Positions 10,633-20,355 of a stretch of 64,000 bases of DNA are shown piece after piece. Below the pieces are notes generated by a model. The model was not told the origin of the DNA and did not search any database. It saw nothing but the letters and a program-made list of their open reading frames with translations. How positions within the stretch are numbered: position 1 is the stretch's first letter; the number at the start of each line of letters is the position of its first letter. Source of the stretch: an uncultured Flavobacteriaceae bacterium (GTDB taxonomy: Bacteria; Bacteroidota; Bacteroidia; Flavobacteriales; Flavobacteriaceae); contig CAVPID010000002.1 of assembly GCA_963704895.1 (NCBI GenBank), positions 638,752 to 702,751 of the forward strand, given 5' to 3'. The position numbers were made by a program, and so were the translations under genes.

Positions 10633-11402
10633 GGATATGGGTTAAGATGTTTAATAAATTCTGAAATCCCAGCCGTACCTTGCTGTGATAACATTTTAAT
10701 AAATGCAGAACCAATGATAGCACCCTTGGCTGTCTTAGTAGCTTGCTCAAATGTACGGGCATTACTTATGCCAAAACCAACAATTTGCGGGTTTTTAAGA
10801 TTCATTGCTGCAATTCGCTCAAAGTAAGCTTCCTGTTCTTCTCCTAATCCCTGCTTAGCCCCGGTGGTACTGGCAGAACTTACCATGTAAATAAATCCCT
10901 CTGAAGCGTCGTCTATTTGTGAAATTCGTGATTCACTGGTTTGCGGAGTAATTAGAAAAATGTTGATTAAGTTATATTTTTTAAAAATAGTCTCATATTC
11001 TTCCTTGTATACGTCCAGAGGTAAATCTGGAAGGATAAGACCATCAATACCTATTTCCTGGCATTTTTTGCAGAAGTTCTCTACCCCGTACTGTAAAACA
11101 GGATTAAAATACCCCATAATGATCAGGGGAATCGAAACGGTTTTTCTTATATCTTTTAATTGATTAAACAGCAGATCTGTTCCCATGCCATTCTTTAAAG
11201 CTATTGTGGAACTTTTCTGAATAGTAGGCCCGTCTGCCAGAGGATCACTGAAAGGAAGGCCTATTTCTATCATATCAACACCGTTTTTTTCCAAATCCTG
11301 AATAATAGAAACCGTATCATTCAGATTCGGAAAACCGGCAGAGAAGTATATGGAAAGTAATTTTTTGTCTTCACTCAGCTTTTTTTGTATTCTGTTCTTC
11401 AT
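10629..11402 (-). CDS. trpA: Tryptophan synthase alpha chain
   Basis: 257 aa with GFPNLNDT...IEIGLPFSDPLADGPTIQ motifs. Last gene of the trp operon. Confidence 0.95.
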   Translation of the reverse strand: MKNRIQKKLSEDKKLLSIYFSAGFPNLNDTVSIIQDLEKNGVDMIEIGLPFSDPLADGPTIQKSSTIALKNGMGTDLLFNQLKDIRKTVSIPLIIMGYFNPVLQYGVENFCKKCQEIGIDGLILPDLPLDVYKEEYETIFKKYNLINIFLITPQTSESRISQIDDASEGFIYMVSSASTTGAKQGLGEEQEAYFERIAAMNLKNPQIVGFGISNARTFEQATKTAKGAIIGSAFIKMLSQQGTAGISEFIKHLNPYP

Positions 11403-11416
11403 TTTATAGAAACCAA

Positions 11417-12604
11417 TTATAATTTGAAATAATCTATATAGGTCTGTAAATCTTTATCACCTCTTCCAGAAAGATTGATAACAACAATATCGTCTTTTTG
11501 AAACTTTCTGTGGTCAAATATGGCGAAAGCATGTGATGTCTCTATTGCTGGTATAATGCCTTCTAATTGAGATACCATTAAACCTGCTGCCATTGCCTCA
11601 TCATCGGTAATTGAAATAAATTCACCCCTCCCGGAGGTGTACAGATGTGCATGCATAGGACCTACGCCCGGATAATCCAGGCCGGCGGAAATAGAATATG
11701 GTTCAGTGATCTGACCGTCTTGAGTTTGCATAAGCAGTGTTTTGCTACCGTGAATAATACCAACCTTTCCCAGAGCAGAAGTTGCTGCACTTTCTCCGGA
11801 ATGAATGCCCTTTCCGGCGGCCTCGACAGCAATGATACCAACATCTTCATTATCCAGATAATGGTAATAGGCACCAGCGGCATTACTTCCACCACCCACA
11901 CAAGCCACAATAAAATCAGGGTCCGGAGTGCCTTCTTTTTCCAGCAACTGAGACTGTATTTCCTCTGAAATTACTGATTGAAATCTGGCCACCATATCGG
12001 GATAGGGGTGCGGACCAACAACTGAACCTATAATATAATGGGTGTTTACCGGATTATTAATCCAGTCGCGTATTGCCTCATTCGTAGCATCCTTGAGCGT
12101 TCTGCTACCCGATAGGGCCGGCCTTACTTCTGCTCCCAGCATTTTCATTCTAGCCACATTAGGTGCTTGACGTGCAATATCTATTTCACCCATATAAACC
12201 ACACACTCAATTCCCATGAGTGCGCAAACTGTAGCGGTAGCCACCCCATGCTGTCCGGCACCTGTTTCTGCGATGATTCGTGTCTTGCCTAACCTTTTGG
12301 CCATTAAAATTTGCCCAATGGTATTATTGACTTTATGGGCACCGGTATGACATAAATCTTCCCTTTTCAGATAAATTTTTGTTTTATACTTATCCGAAAG
12401 GCGTTGGGCAAAATATAGAGGTGTGGGCCTTCCTACATAATCTTTTAATAGTCTATGGAATTCTTCAATAAAAGATGGTTCCCCCATAATCTGAAGATAG
12501 TTTTGTCTAAGTTCTTCAGTATTAGGGTATAGCATTTCTGGAATAAATGCCCCACCAAACTGTCCGTAATAGCCTTTGTCATCAGCATGATAAGTCATAT
12601 TCAT
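11417..12604 (-). CDS. trpB: Tryptophan synthase beta chain
   Basis: 395 aa with the [19 protein letters not shown]-lysine motif and GGGSNA. Confidence 0.97.
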   Translation of the reverse strand: MNMTYHADDKGYYGQFGGAFIPEMLYPNTEELRQNYLQIMGEPSFIEEFHRLLKDYVGRPTPLYFAQRLSDKYKTKIYLKREDLCHTGAHKVNNTIGQILMAKRLGKTRIIAETGAGQHGVATATVCALMGIECVVYMGEIDIARQAPNVARMKMLGAEVRPALSGSRTLKDATNEAIRDWINNPVNTHYIIGSVVGPHPYPDMVARFQSVISEEIQSQLLEKEGTPDPDFIVACVGGGSNAAGAYYHYLDNEDVGIIAVEAAGKGIHSGESAATSALGKVGIIHGSKTLLMQTQDGQITEPYSISAGLDYPGVGPMHAHLYTSGRGEFISITDDEAMAAGLMVSQLEGIIPAIETSHAFAIFDHRKFQKDDIVVINLSGRGDKDLQTYIDYFKL

Positions 12605-12610
12605 ATTTTT

Positions 12611-13252
12611 TTATGAGTTGGTTTCAAACAACCGGTTCTTAAATTCTTTTAATTTATCTATATCCTTTAGGCCCGGTGATATTTCAAATTTACTATTGAC
12701 ATCAATAGCATGGCAATATTTAGATTCTTCCTTTTGAAGAAATTCTAAAACATTATCAACTTCCTCGAGACCGATACCCCCGCTTAGGAAATAGGGTTTT
12801 TTTGATGGATACCCCTTTAGGACTTCCCAGTTAAATTGATATCCATTGCCACCGGGCAACTTACCCTTTGTGTCGAATAAAAAGAAATCGGATGATTTCT
12901 CATAAGGGCTAAGTTGTAGGAAATCAAAGCTGTCTTTTATGCTAAAAACCTTAAGAATATCGATCTTGCTATTTTGGCAGTCAAATTCCTCTTTTAGCTT
13001 AGCACAGAACTCGGGGGATTCATTTCCATGCAATTGTATGGCATTTAAAGCAAATGTATTGGTCCGATTTAAGATTTCATCAATATTGGCATCAACAAAA
13101 ACTCCAACTTTTCTAGTTGTCTTAGGCAATTTAGGTATGGACCCATCAAAAAAACGCATAGAAGGCTTCCAGAATATAAATCCGAGGTAATCTGGCTGCA
13201 ATTCTGCAACCTCCTCAATATTATGTTTCATTCCACAGATCTTTAGTTTCAT
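12611..13252 (-). CDS. trpF: Phosphoribosylanthranilate isomerase
   Basis: 213 aa starting MKLKICGM, with YLGFIF and LHG motifs. It has a 4-nt overlap with trpC. Confidence 0.9.
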   Translation of the reverse strand: MKLKICGMKHNIEEVAELQPDYLGFIFWKPSMRFFDGSIPKLPKTTRKVGVFVDANIDEILNRTNTFALNAIQLHGNESPEFCAKLKEEFDCQNSKIDILKVFSIKDSFDFLQLSPYEKSSDFFLFDTKGKLPGGNGYQFNWEVLKGYPSKKPYFLSGGIGLEEVDNVLEFLQKEESKYCHAIDVNSKFEISPGLKDIDKLKEFKNRLFETNS

Positions 13253-14038
13253 CTTGCCATTTGGTTTATAAATTCCCTGGCGCTCTCCCCGGGGTTCGAT
13301 GTCTTCATAAAGTTTTCACCAACTAAGAAACCCTGATAACCCAATTCTCTTAGCATTTTAATCGCCGAAACAGAGCTAATACCACTTTCTGATACTTTTA
13401 CAAATTCATCGGGAATCTGTTGGGATAGAGAGGCACTGGTTTCTAAGCTTACTTCAAAGGTTTTTAAGTTGCGATTATTTACTCCTAACATATCTAAACT
13501 AGGCATCATTGATTTAACTAACTCTTCTTCATTATGAACTTCCAGTAAAACATCCAAACCTAAACTTTTTGCTAATTCTGATAAAACCTTTATTTGTTTT
13601 CTTGTCAAAATAGCGGCAATAAGTAAAATTGTATCAGCCCCATGTGCCCGGGCTTCTACGATTTGGTATTCATCTATGATAAATTCCTTTCTTAACAGTG
13701 GAAAATCAACGGCAGCTCTGGCTATTATTAAATCCTCAAGAGACCCTCCAAAATATTTGGCATCTGTTAAAACAGACATACCACAAGCCCCTGCATTCAT
13801 GTATCCCTTGGCGATATCCTGTACACTTGAATTTTGATTGATCACTGATTTAGAAGGGGATCTTCTTTTGTGCTCTGCAATAATCCCTGTTTTACTATTC
13901 CGCAATGACATTGGCCAGGGACACGGGTTCCCTTTGGAAGAGTAATGACGTTTCTAATTGCATAAGAGGGATTACGGTTTTTTTAAGGTGCAATTCCCTT
14001 TTCTTATCAACTACTATTTTATCCAATATATCCATCAT
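13249..14038 (-). pseudogene. trpC: Indole-3-glycerol phosphate synthase, frame-disrupted (two overlapping frames)
   Basis: The track ORF 13249..13911 (220 aa) lacks the TrpC N-terminus. By hand, ATG 14038 (ATGA overlap with the trpD stop) encodes MMDILDKIVVDKKRELHLKKTVIPLMQLETSLLFQREPVSLANVIAE*, ending at 13895. The body continues one base out of frame (..SLRNSKTGIIAEHKRRSPSK). Removing one base near 13909 gives a contiguous TrpC of about 262 aa. Confidence 0.85.
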
Positions 14039-15027
14039 GCACTTAATTGCTGTAATTTTCTTAAGGCATTCAGGCCATTTCCGTTAAGGAGGGATTCTTT
14101 TGCTTTTTCAAAACCTTGTTTTGGACTAATATCCAAAACTGTGGCGATAGCAACCCCGGCATTTGCACAGACTACATTGTTTTGTGCTTCCGTGCCTCTT
14201 CCCTGTAATATATTCATAAATATTTGGGCAGATTTGTCAATACTTTCACCTCCCTTTATTTCGTTTTCCTTTACAACGGCCACTCCAAAATCTGAAGGAT
14301 TTAAAATAGCCTCCGTATTATTTGAAATAGTTTTGGTACTTCCCGTCAATGAAATCTCATCATATCCGTCAAGAGCATGGAGAACTGTGTATTTTTTATC
14401 CGTATTCTGATAGAGATACCCATACATTCGAGCTAATTCTAAATTAAAAACCCCAACTATTTGATTTTTAGGGAAGGCAGGATTTACCATTGGCCCAAGC
14501 ATATTAAAAAAAGTCTTGACAGCAAGTTCACGTCTTATAGGTGCTACATTTTTCATGGCGGGATGAAATAGGGGGGCATGCAGTACACAGATCCCGGCTT
14601 CGTCTATTGATTTTCTAAGAAAGTCAGGATCATTACTGAATTTTACACCTAAAAATTCCATAACATTACTGCTCCCACAGGTAGAAGAAACCCCATAATT
14701 ACCATGTTTGGTTACCTTAATGCCAGCTCCTGCTGTAACAAAGGAAGCCAGAGTTGAAATATTAAAGGTATCCTTGCCATCTCCTCCTGTTCCGCAAAGA
14801 TCAATTGGATTGTATTCGGATAGATCAATGGCCAGGCATAGTTCTAATAGCGCATCTCGAAATCCCTCTAATTCTTCAATCGTAATACTACGCATCATAT
14901 ACACTGTAAGAAATGCAGCGATTTGGCTATTGTTATAAGTTCCTTTGGCAATATTAACCAATACCTGCTTTGCATCTTCCTTGGAGAGGATGTCATGATT
15001 GATCAATTTATTTAGAATCGTTTTCAT
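14035..15027 (-). CDS. trpD: Anthranilate phosphoribosyltransferase
   Basis: 330 aa with CGTGGDGKDTFNIST and KHGN motifs. Confidence 0.95.
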   Translation of the reverse strand: MKTILNKLINHDILSKEDAKQVLVNIAKGTYNNSQIAAFLTVYMMRSITIEELEGFRDALLELCLAIDLSEYNPIDLCGTGGDGKDTFNISTLASFVTAGAGIKVTKHGNYGVSSTCGSSNVMEFLGVKFSNDPDFLRKSIDEAGICVLHAPLFHPAMKNVAPIRRELAVKTFFNMLGPMVNPAFPKNQIVGVFNLELARMYGYLYQNTDKKYTVLHALDGYDEISLTGSTKTISNNTEAILNPSDFGVAVVKENEIKGGESIDKSAQIFMNILQGRGTEAQNNVVCANAGVAIATVLDISPKQGFEKAKESLLNGNGLNALRKLQQLSA

Positions 15028-15064
15028 TTGTTTTAAGTTTAATAAAGAATCACCAACGGTTTAA

Positions 15065-15628
15065 TTATTCCCTGAGCCAATTTTTAAGAATTTGCTTGCC
15101 CTGAGGCGTGAGAACAGATTCTGGATGAAACTGAACAGCACATACATCATATGTTTTGTGCCTTATTGACATCAGCTGCCCATTCTCATCAAAAGAAGTA
15201 GCTTCGAGAACATCCGGAAGTTGAGGATCTACAACCCACGAATGATATCTGCCCACTACAATTTCTCTAGGTAAGCCTTCAAATAAGGGCTCCCCATTTT
15301 CAAGGATTATTTTTGTGGCGACCCCATGATAAACTTCCTCTAAATTTATCAACTTACCACCAAAAACTTCTCCTATAGCCTGCTGGCCTAAACAAACCCC
15401 CAATATACTTTTAGTTGGGGCATATTTAGCAATTATTTCTTTAAGAAGTCCGGCTTCATCAGGGATTCCAGGACCGGGAGAAAGCACTATTTTCTCAAAA
15501 TCATCAACTTCTTCCAATTTTAGCTGGTCATTTCGTTTAACAACTACTTCGCAACCCAAATCCTCCAAATAATGCACCAGGTTATAAGTAAAGCTATCGT
15601 AATTATCTATTACCAGTATTTTGTTCAT
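15065..15628 (-). CDS. trpG: Anthranilate synthase component II (glutamine amidotransferase)
   Basis: 187 aa class-I GATase with GVCLGQQ and QFHPES motifs. Confidence 0.93.
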   Translation of the reverse strand: MNKILVIDNYDSFTYNLVHYLEDLGCEVVVKRNDQLKLEEVDDFEKIVLSPGPGIPDEAGLLKEIIAKYAPTKSILGVCLGQQAIGEVFGGKLINLEEVYHGVATKIILENGEPLFEGLPREIVVGRYHSWVVDPQLPDVLEATSFDENGQLMSIRHKTYDVCAVQFHPESVLTPQGKQILKNWLRE

Positions 15629-15647
15629 GGCTTATTTATTGTGCTTG

Positions 15648-17046
15648 TTAGATAGTTTCTGCAATTTCCAGAGCTTTGTTAAGAGCTCCTAATTTATTGT
15701 AAGTTTCCTGTAGCTCTTTTTCCGGTTCAGAGACCGCTACTAAACCTGCTCCTGCCTGGTAATGAAGTTGGTGATTCTTGCTTAAGAAAGTCCGGATCAT
15801 AATGGCATGATTAAAATCTCCGTCAAAATCCATAAATCCGATTGCCCCGCCGTAGTAATCTCTGTTGGTGGTCTCATACTTTTCAATGAGCTGCATGGCC
15901 ATATGTTTGGGTGCCCCGCTCAGGGTACCTGCCGGAAAAGTGTCTGCTACAACTTTCATAGTCGGTGTTTCTTTTTTTTTCTGCCCTGTAACTTTGGAAA
16001 CAAGATGAATGACATGAGAAAAGAATTGAACTTCCCTATAGTTTTCAACATTTACCAAATTCCCATGCCGGCTTAGGTCGTTACGCGCGAGGTCTACAAG
16101 CATAACATGCTCACTATTTTCCTTTGCATCTTCTGTTAGTTTTTTAGCTAATAAGGCATCTTCTTCATCATTACCGGTTCTTTTAAAAGTTCCCGCAATT
16201 GGATGTATTTCAGCCTTTCCGCTTTTAACAATCAATTGTGCTTCCGGTGAACTGCCAAAGATTTTGAAGTCTCCGTAATCAAAATAAAATAGATATGGAG
16301 AAGGATTAATAGAACGAAGGGCCCGGTAAACATTGAATTCATCTCCTTTAAAGCCTTGTGAAAACCTTCGGGAAAGAACTAATTGAAAAACGTCACCTCT
16401 TTTACAATGCTTTTTAGCCAGAGATACTTGTTGTTTATATTCTTCATCATTTAAGTTTGATGAGGCATTACCCTCCCTTCTGAAATTATAAGATGCGAAA
16501 TTTCTGATATTTAGAACTTGTTCAATTTCAGAAATATTGTTATCAGAGTCATAGCAATGTGCAAATAAGTATGCCTCATTCTTAAAATGATTTATGGCTA
16601 TTATATTTTGGTAAACAGCGTAATAAATATCAGGAATATCCAGGGCACCTTCTTTTTTTGTGATAGAGATATCTTCAAAGTACCTAACTGCATCATACGA
16701 CATATAGCCAAACAATCCATTATTTATGAATTTAAAACTATTAGATTCGGTCTTAAACTTTTGGCTGAAGTCATGTATAATTTCCACAACATCAGTTTCG
16801 CTGTTTATTGCTGATCTCACTAGTGGATTTGTCCGGAAATAGCTGAGTAATTTGCTCATCCTTTACCGTGATAGAAGCTATAGGATTACAACAGATATAT
16901 GAAAAGGTATTATCATTTGCTCTGTAATCACTACTCTCCAAAAGGATACTATTGGGAAACTTGTCACGAATTTTCAGATATACACTAACCGGTGTTATGG
17001 TATCTGCGAGTATCTTTTTATAATATGTTTTAAGTTCATATGCCAT
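15648..17046 (-). pseudogene. trpE: Anthranilate synthase component I, frame-disrupted (87-aa N-terminal ORF + 403-aa C-terminal ORF)
   Basis: Track ORF 16792..17055 encodes the TrpE N-terminus (ILADTITPVSVYLKIRDKFPNSILLESSDY...) and stops at TGA 16794..16792. Track ORF 15648..16859 carries the rest (LFGYMSYDAVRYFE...GAPK...) one base out of frame. The likely true start is ATG 17046 (MAYELKTYY). Confidence 0.85.
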
Positions 17047-17085
17047 AATCTGCAAAAATTTAGATTTTGATACTAACTAATTCTG

Positions 17086-17123
17086 AAAAATCAAAAAGGC
17101 TTGTCGTGATAGACAAGCCTTTT
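17086..17123 (-). terminator. Rho-independent terminator/attenuator between the trp leader ORF and trpE
   Basis: The minus strand reads AAAAGGCTTGTC-TATCAC-GACAAGCCTTTT followed by TGATTTTT. That is a 12-bp stem (17123..17112 / 17105..17094), a 6-nt loop and a U-tract. It lies about 40 nt upstream of the trpE ATG. Confidence 0.65.
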
Positions 17124-17152
17124 CGTATAGTTATACTACAATGGTGCTTAGC

Positions 17153-17209
17153 TCACGACGTTATACGCAAGTTATTCCACCACCAAGTATTTACTATTCT
17201 AAATTTCAT
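17153..17209 (-). CDS. trpL: Candidate trp operon leader peptide MKFRIVNTWWWNNLRITS (18 aa)
   Basis: Hand translation of the minus strand gives ATG AAA TTT AGA ATA GTA AAT ACT TGG TGG TGG AAT AAC TTG CGT ATA ACG TCG TGA. The three consecutive Trp codons are at 17185..17177. It sits between a promoter and a terminator directly upstream of trpE. Confidence 0.6.
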   Translation of the reverse strand: MKFRIVNTWWWNNLRITS

Positions 17210-17214
17210 TGAGT

Positions 17215-17245
17215 CAAATATAGAAAGGAATTTCATAATTACAAA
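17215..17245 (-). promoter_or_regulatory. Bacteroidota-type promoter (-33 TTTG, 19-nt spacer, -7 TATATTTG) for the trp leader/operon
   Basis: The minus strand reads TTTG (17245..17242), then 19 nt, then TATATTTG (17222..17215). The leader ATG follows 5 nt after the -7 box. Confidence 0.45.
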
Positions 17246-17314
17246 TCAATTTAAAGGAAATATAGATCCAAATTCCAATATTGCATTAAGTGATTATAAT
17301 AACAGTACTGACCC

Positions 17315-18856
17315 CTAATACCTCAATTCTAATCGTTCAGATCTATATAAAATATCAGTTTGGCCCCAAGAACCACTTTTGTTACCATGTTCACTTTTAA
17401 AATCTAGTGTTGCTTCAAAAACCTCTTTACCCGTTTCATAGTCTACTTCAACTAGTTTAGCAGAGAGTTTAGTTCCTTGTTTTAGATAGCCGGAAGTAAC
17501 CAGAATATTATTTGAATTGGCCAGATAATCTGCATCACTGACAATGGTAGAGAAAAATTTCGGCCCTCTTTCTTTGCCATATTGCCAAATCTGCTCTGTA
17601 GTTTTATCTTCTTCATTTATTTTATAAATCACTGCGCGGGAATAATGAACGTTATTTTCAAAATATCTAAAGGCACCGTTATCAAATACCAAAAGATTAC
17701 CATCGGGCATTATAGATGGGGAATGCATTCCCCAGGGAAAGTCAAATTCTTCTGAACTTTCGTTCCCATCCTGAACAGCTCTGTCATATGGTTTTCCTTC
17801 AGAATCAACAGCGGTTAATAAATAAGGTTTTGTTTCGAAACCTTTTCCTTCTCTCCCGGATTTACCCCAGTTCCTTTTTGGTGCCATAATCCATTTTAGA
17901 TTATCATCCCAAGAAATTTTTATCAATCCCTGGTTTTTTCCAGATACAATTATTGAATTATCGCTCGGATTATAAGCAAGGCCATTCATGTGGAGCCAAT
18001 CACGAGGTCTAAAAAAGTTCAAATCATTTCTACTAACATCCAAATGTTTGGTTAAATCCCATTCTCTGACAATTTTAGATTTTTTTCTGTCAAATTCTAT
18101 GATATGATCGCTGTCTGAGGCAACCATTTTATTCTCTAATTTTATAAAATTATTTCTTTTACCAACGCATATCAGCAAGTTACCATCAGGTAATTCCTGT
18201 ACATCATGATGCATGCCGTAATTTGTACTTATATTGGTTTCTTTTAATGGTTTACCCAACATATCAAATTCATAAATAACATGCCTGCTAACCATTAAAA
18301 TCGTTCCGTCCTTAAGTCGTTGAAACGGACTAACCATTTTACCGGCAAAACTTAAATCTAAATACCACCGCACTTGGCCTTGGTCGTCAAAAATTATAGG
18401 CCCGGAATTGAATTTTCCATTGTTGGCAAAATGAATATCACAAGCATGCATGCCTGGCTCCATTTCATTTCGATTTAACTTGTTTATGGTTATCCGGGGA
18501 AAATGGCTTGGGGTATTCCCTGTTTTTATCTTAATACTGTCTATTACTAGTCCACCATCGTAGTCTAAAGTAACAATGACATTATTTAAAGTATTAGGGT
18601 ATAAACCTACTACCGGGACCTCTAAATTGGTGGCGTTAAGATTAAATGTTTGTTCCACCGGAATCTTACCCAGAACCTTAATGGTAACGTTGCAGGGTTT
18701 TTCCGTCTCAATTTTTAACTGAGCGGTTAACGGTGATATATTATAAGGATTTAAGGTCGATTTTATGGAGTAATTAAAACCGGAATCGCAGCTACTCAAG
18801 AGAAGAAGTACAAAAACTAATAAGCCAGCTAAGCGAGATAATGCTTTTAATCCCAT
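17315..18856 (-). CDS. Arylsulfotransferase (ASST)-family lipoprotein
   Basis: 513 aa. Signal peptide with lipobox LLSSC. Beta-propeller-like repeats (HHDVQELPDGNLLI, DWLHMNGLAYNP, PWGMHSPSIMPDGNLLVFDNG) resemble the ASST family. Assignment is by motif memory. Confidence 0.55.
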   Translation of the reverse strand: MGLKALSRLAGLLVFVLLLLSSCDSGFNYSIKSTLNPYNISPLTAQLKIETEKPCNVTIKVLGKIPVEQTFNLNATNLEVPVVGLYPNTLNNVIVTLDYDGGLVIDSIKIKTGNTPSHFPRITINKLNRNEMEPGMHACDIHFANNGKFNSGPIIFDDQGQVRWYLDLSFAGKMVSPFQRLKDGTILMVSRHVIYEFDMLGKPLKETNISTNYGMHHDVQELPDGNLLICVGKRNNFIKLENKMVASDSDHIIEFDRKKSKIVREWDLTKHLDVSRNDLNFFRPRDWLHMNGLAYNPSDNSIIVSGKNQGLIKISWDDNLKWIMAPKRNWGKSGREGKGFETKPYLLTAVDSEGKPYDRAVQDGNESSEEFDFPWGMHSPSIMPDGNLLVFDNGAFRYFENNVHYSRAVIYKINEEDKTTEQIWQYGKERGPKFFSTIVSDADYLANSNNILVTSGYLKQGTKLSAKLVEVDYETGKEVFEATLDFKSEHGNKSGSWGQTDILYRSERLELRY

Positions 18857-19034
18857 TTTATATTTTTATTCAAAAATAAAGTTTTAGAACTAATTCTACT
18901 GAAATTATTTTTTTAGTCTTTAACTGGCTCAATTATAGATTACACTACCTTCCTGAATCATTGGGGGTCCGGGAATCTCCCGAACTTAGATTAAAAGACT
19001 ATAAGTTATACTGCATTTAACCTTTGATGTTAGC

Positions 19035-19075
19035 AAAAAAAAATCCTGAATATGATCATATTCAGGATTTTTTAA
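19035..19075 (-). terminator. Terminator downstream of the YceI gene (perfect 26-nt palindrome)
   Basis: ATCCTGAATATGATCATATTCAGGAT at 19043..19068, flanked by an A-run and a T-run. It could act in both directions. Confidence 0.7.
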
Positions 19076-19089
19076 AGGATTAATATTTC

Positions 19090-19668
19090 TTAGAATTCAA
19101 GATCTACTACCAGATCAAATTCATCATAGATGGTTTTATCACCCAAGTCATCAAAGAAACTTCCTGAGCCATACTTAACATCGTACTGGGCTCTGTCTAC
19201 TTTTAAAGTAGCTGTTGCCTTGCTTCCATAAACAGATACATCAAAAGTTACCGGTTTGGTAATCCCTTTAATAGTAAGGTCTCCCTGTACTTCGTAAGAA
19301 TTTTTACCGGAAGCTTTAACTTTTGTAAAAACCAGGGTAGAATTTGGATGGTTTTCAACTCCAAAGAAATCATCAGACTTAAGGTGACCTTCTAATTTAC
19401 CTTTATATTCCCCTTCAAGATCAGTTGATATCAAAGAAGTCATGTCTACTTCAAATTCTCCTCCCGTCAGTTTTCCTTCATCAAACATAAGGGCTCCTGA
19501 TTTAAGGTTAACAGAACCTGTATGAGAGCCTGTAACTTTATAAGCTTTCCAGGTAACCTTGCTTTCACCAGCTTTAACTTCTTTCTTTTCTTCATTTAAA
19601 GGGGCGTTAGCAACCGCTGTTGCTCCAAAAACTATGGCTAATGCCAGACTTAATACATTTTTTTTCAT
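19090..19668 (-). CDS. YceI-family periplasmic protein
   Basis: 192 aa with a signal peptide. KVTWKAYKVTGSHTGSVNLKSG...FEVDMTSL is typical of the YceI lipid/polyisoprenoid-binding fold. Confidence 0.88.
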   Translation of the reverse strand: MKKNVLSLALAIVFGATAVANAPLNEEKKEVKAGESKVTWKAYKVTGSHTGSVNLKSGALMFDEGKLTGGEFEVDMTSLISTDLEGEYKGKLEGHLKSDDFFGVENHPNSTLVFTKVKASGKNSYEVQGDLTIKGITKPVTFDVSVYGSKATATLKVDRAQYDVKYGSGSFFDDLGDKTIYDEFDLVVDLEF

Positions 19669-19715
19669 GTTTTCTAAATTTACTTTGTTTTAATGATTGT
19701 TTTTAAATTAACGTG

Positions 19716-20348
19716 TTATATATGTGTGAATAATAATTCTTTTGATTGTCTAACTTTTTTATAATGCTGGGTATCATCTTCTTCAGACCTATAGCCTATT
19801 GCGGCTACAACGGAGGTGTTTAATCCTTTATCCTTTAAACCTAATAGTTCATTATAGGTTTCGGCTTCAAAACCTTCCATCGGGCAAGTATCAATTTTTA
19901 AATCTGCCGCCGCTGAAAGTAAGTTACCTAAGGCCAAATAAGTTTGCCTTGCCGTCCAGGTTTCTTTTATGTTATCGGGAAGATCTATTAATTTAGATTT
20001 CATAAAATCTCCATAAGGTTGTAAATTGTTTAGTTCAATGTCTCTTGTGTCACTAACATTAGTTAAATAGTTATCAATAAGATCAGTATCAAAACTGGTG
20101 TTGTTAGCAAAGACTATTAAATGGGATGCATCTGTGATTTGCGATTGACCCCATGAGGCTGCTTTTAATTTTTCCCTTAAATCCATATCCTTTATTATAA
20201 AGATATGATAGGGTTGGAGCCCATATGAAGAGGGACTTAAACGAATAGCTTCTAATAAAGTATTCAAGTCTTCTTCAGATATTTGTTTTTGGCTATCAAA
20301 TTTTTTGGTTGCATATCGCCAATTGAGGCTTTCAAGGTAGTTGCTCAT
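19716..20348 (-). CDS. NAD(P)H nitroreductase-family oxidoreductase
   Basis: 210 aa with RYATKKFD and PSSYGLQPY motifs of the nitroreductase family. Confidence 0.85.
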   Translation of the reverse strand: MSNYLESLNWRYATKKFDSQKQISEEDLNTLLEAIRLSPSSYGLQPYHIFIIKDMDLREKLKAASWGQSQITDASHLIVFANNTSFDTDLIDNYLTNVSDTRDIELNNLQPYGDFMKSKLIDLPDNIKETWTARQTYLALGNLLSAAADLKIDTCPMEGFEAETYNELLGLKDKGLNTSVVAAIGYRSEEDDTQHYKKVRQSKELLFTHI

Positions 20349-20355
20349 GTGTATA

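Noticed and set aside
13958-14410. A 150-aa plus-strand ORF (and 13905..14087) near the trpC/trpD junction.
   Set aside because: It is antisense to trpD and the trpC N-terminus, both of which have clear homology-type motifs.
13895-16859. Programmed ribosomal frameshifting as an explanation for the split trpC and trpE genes.
   Set aside because: There is no slippery heptamer or stimulatory structure at either junction. These enzymes are not known to use recoding. An indel, real or artefactual, is the simpler explanation.
17067-17318. An 83-aa plus-strand ORF in the trp upstream region.
   Set aside because: It runs antisense through the promoter, leader ORF and terminator of the trp operon. 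The region is better explained by those minus-strand regulatory elements.
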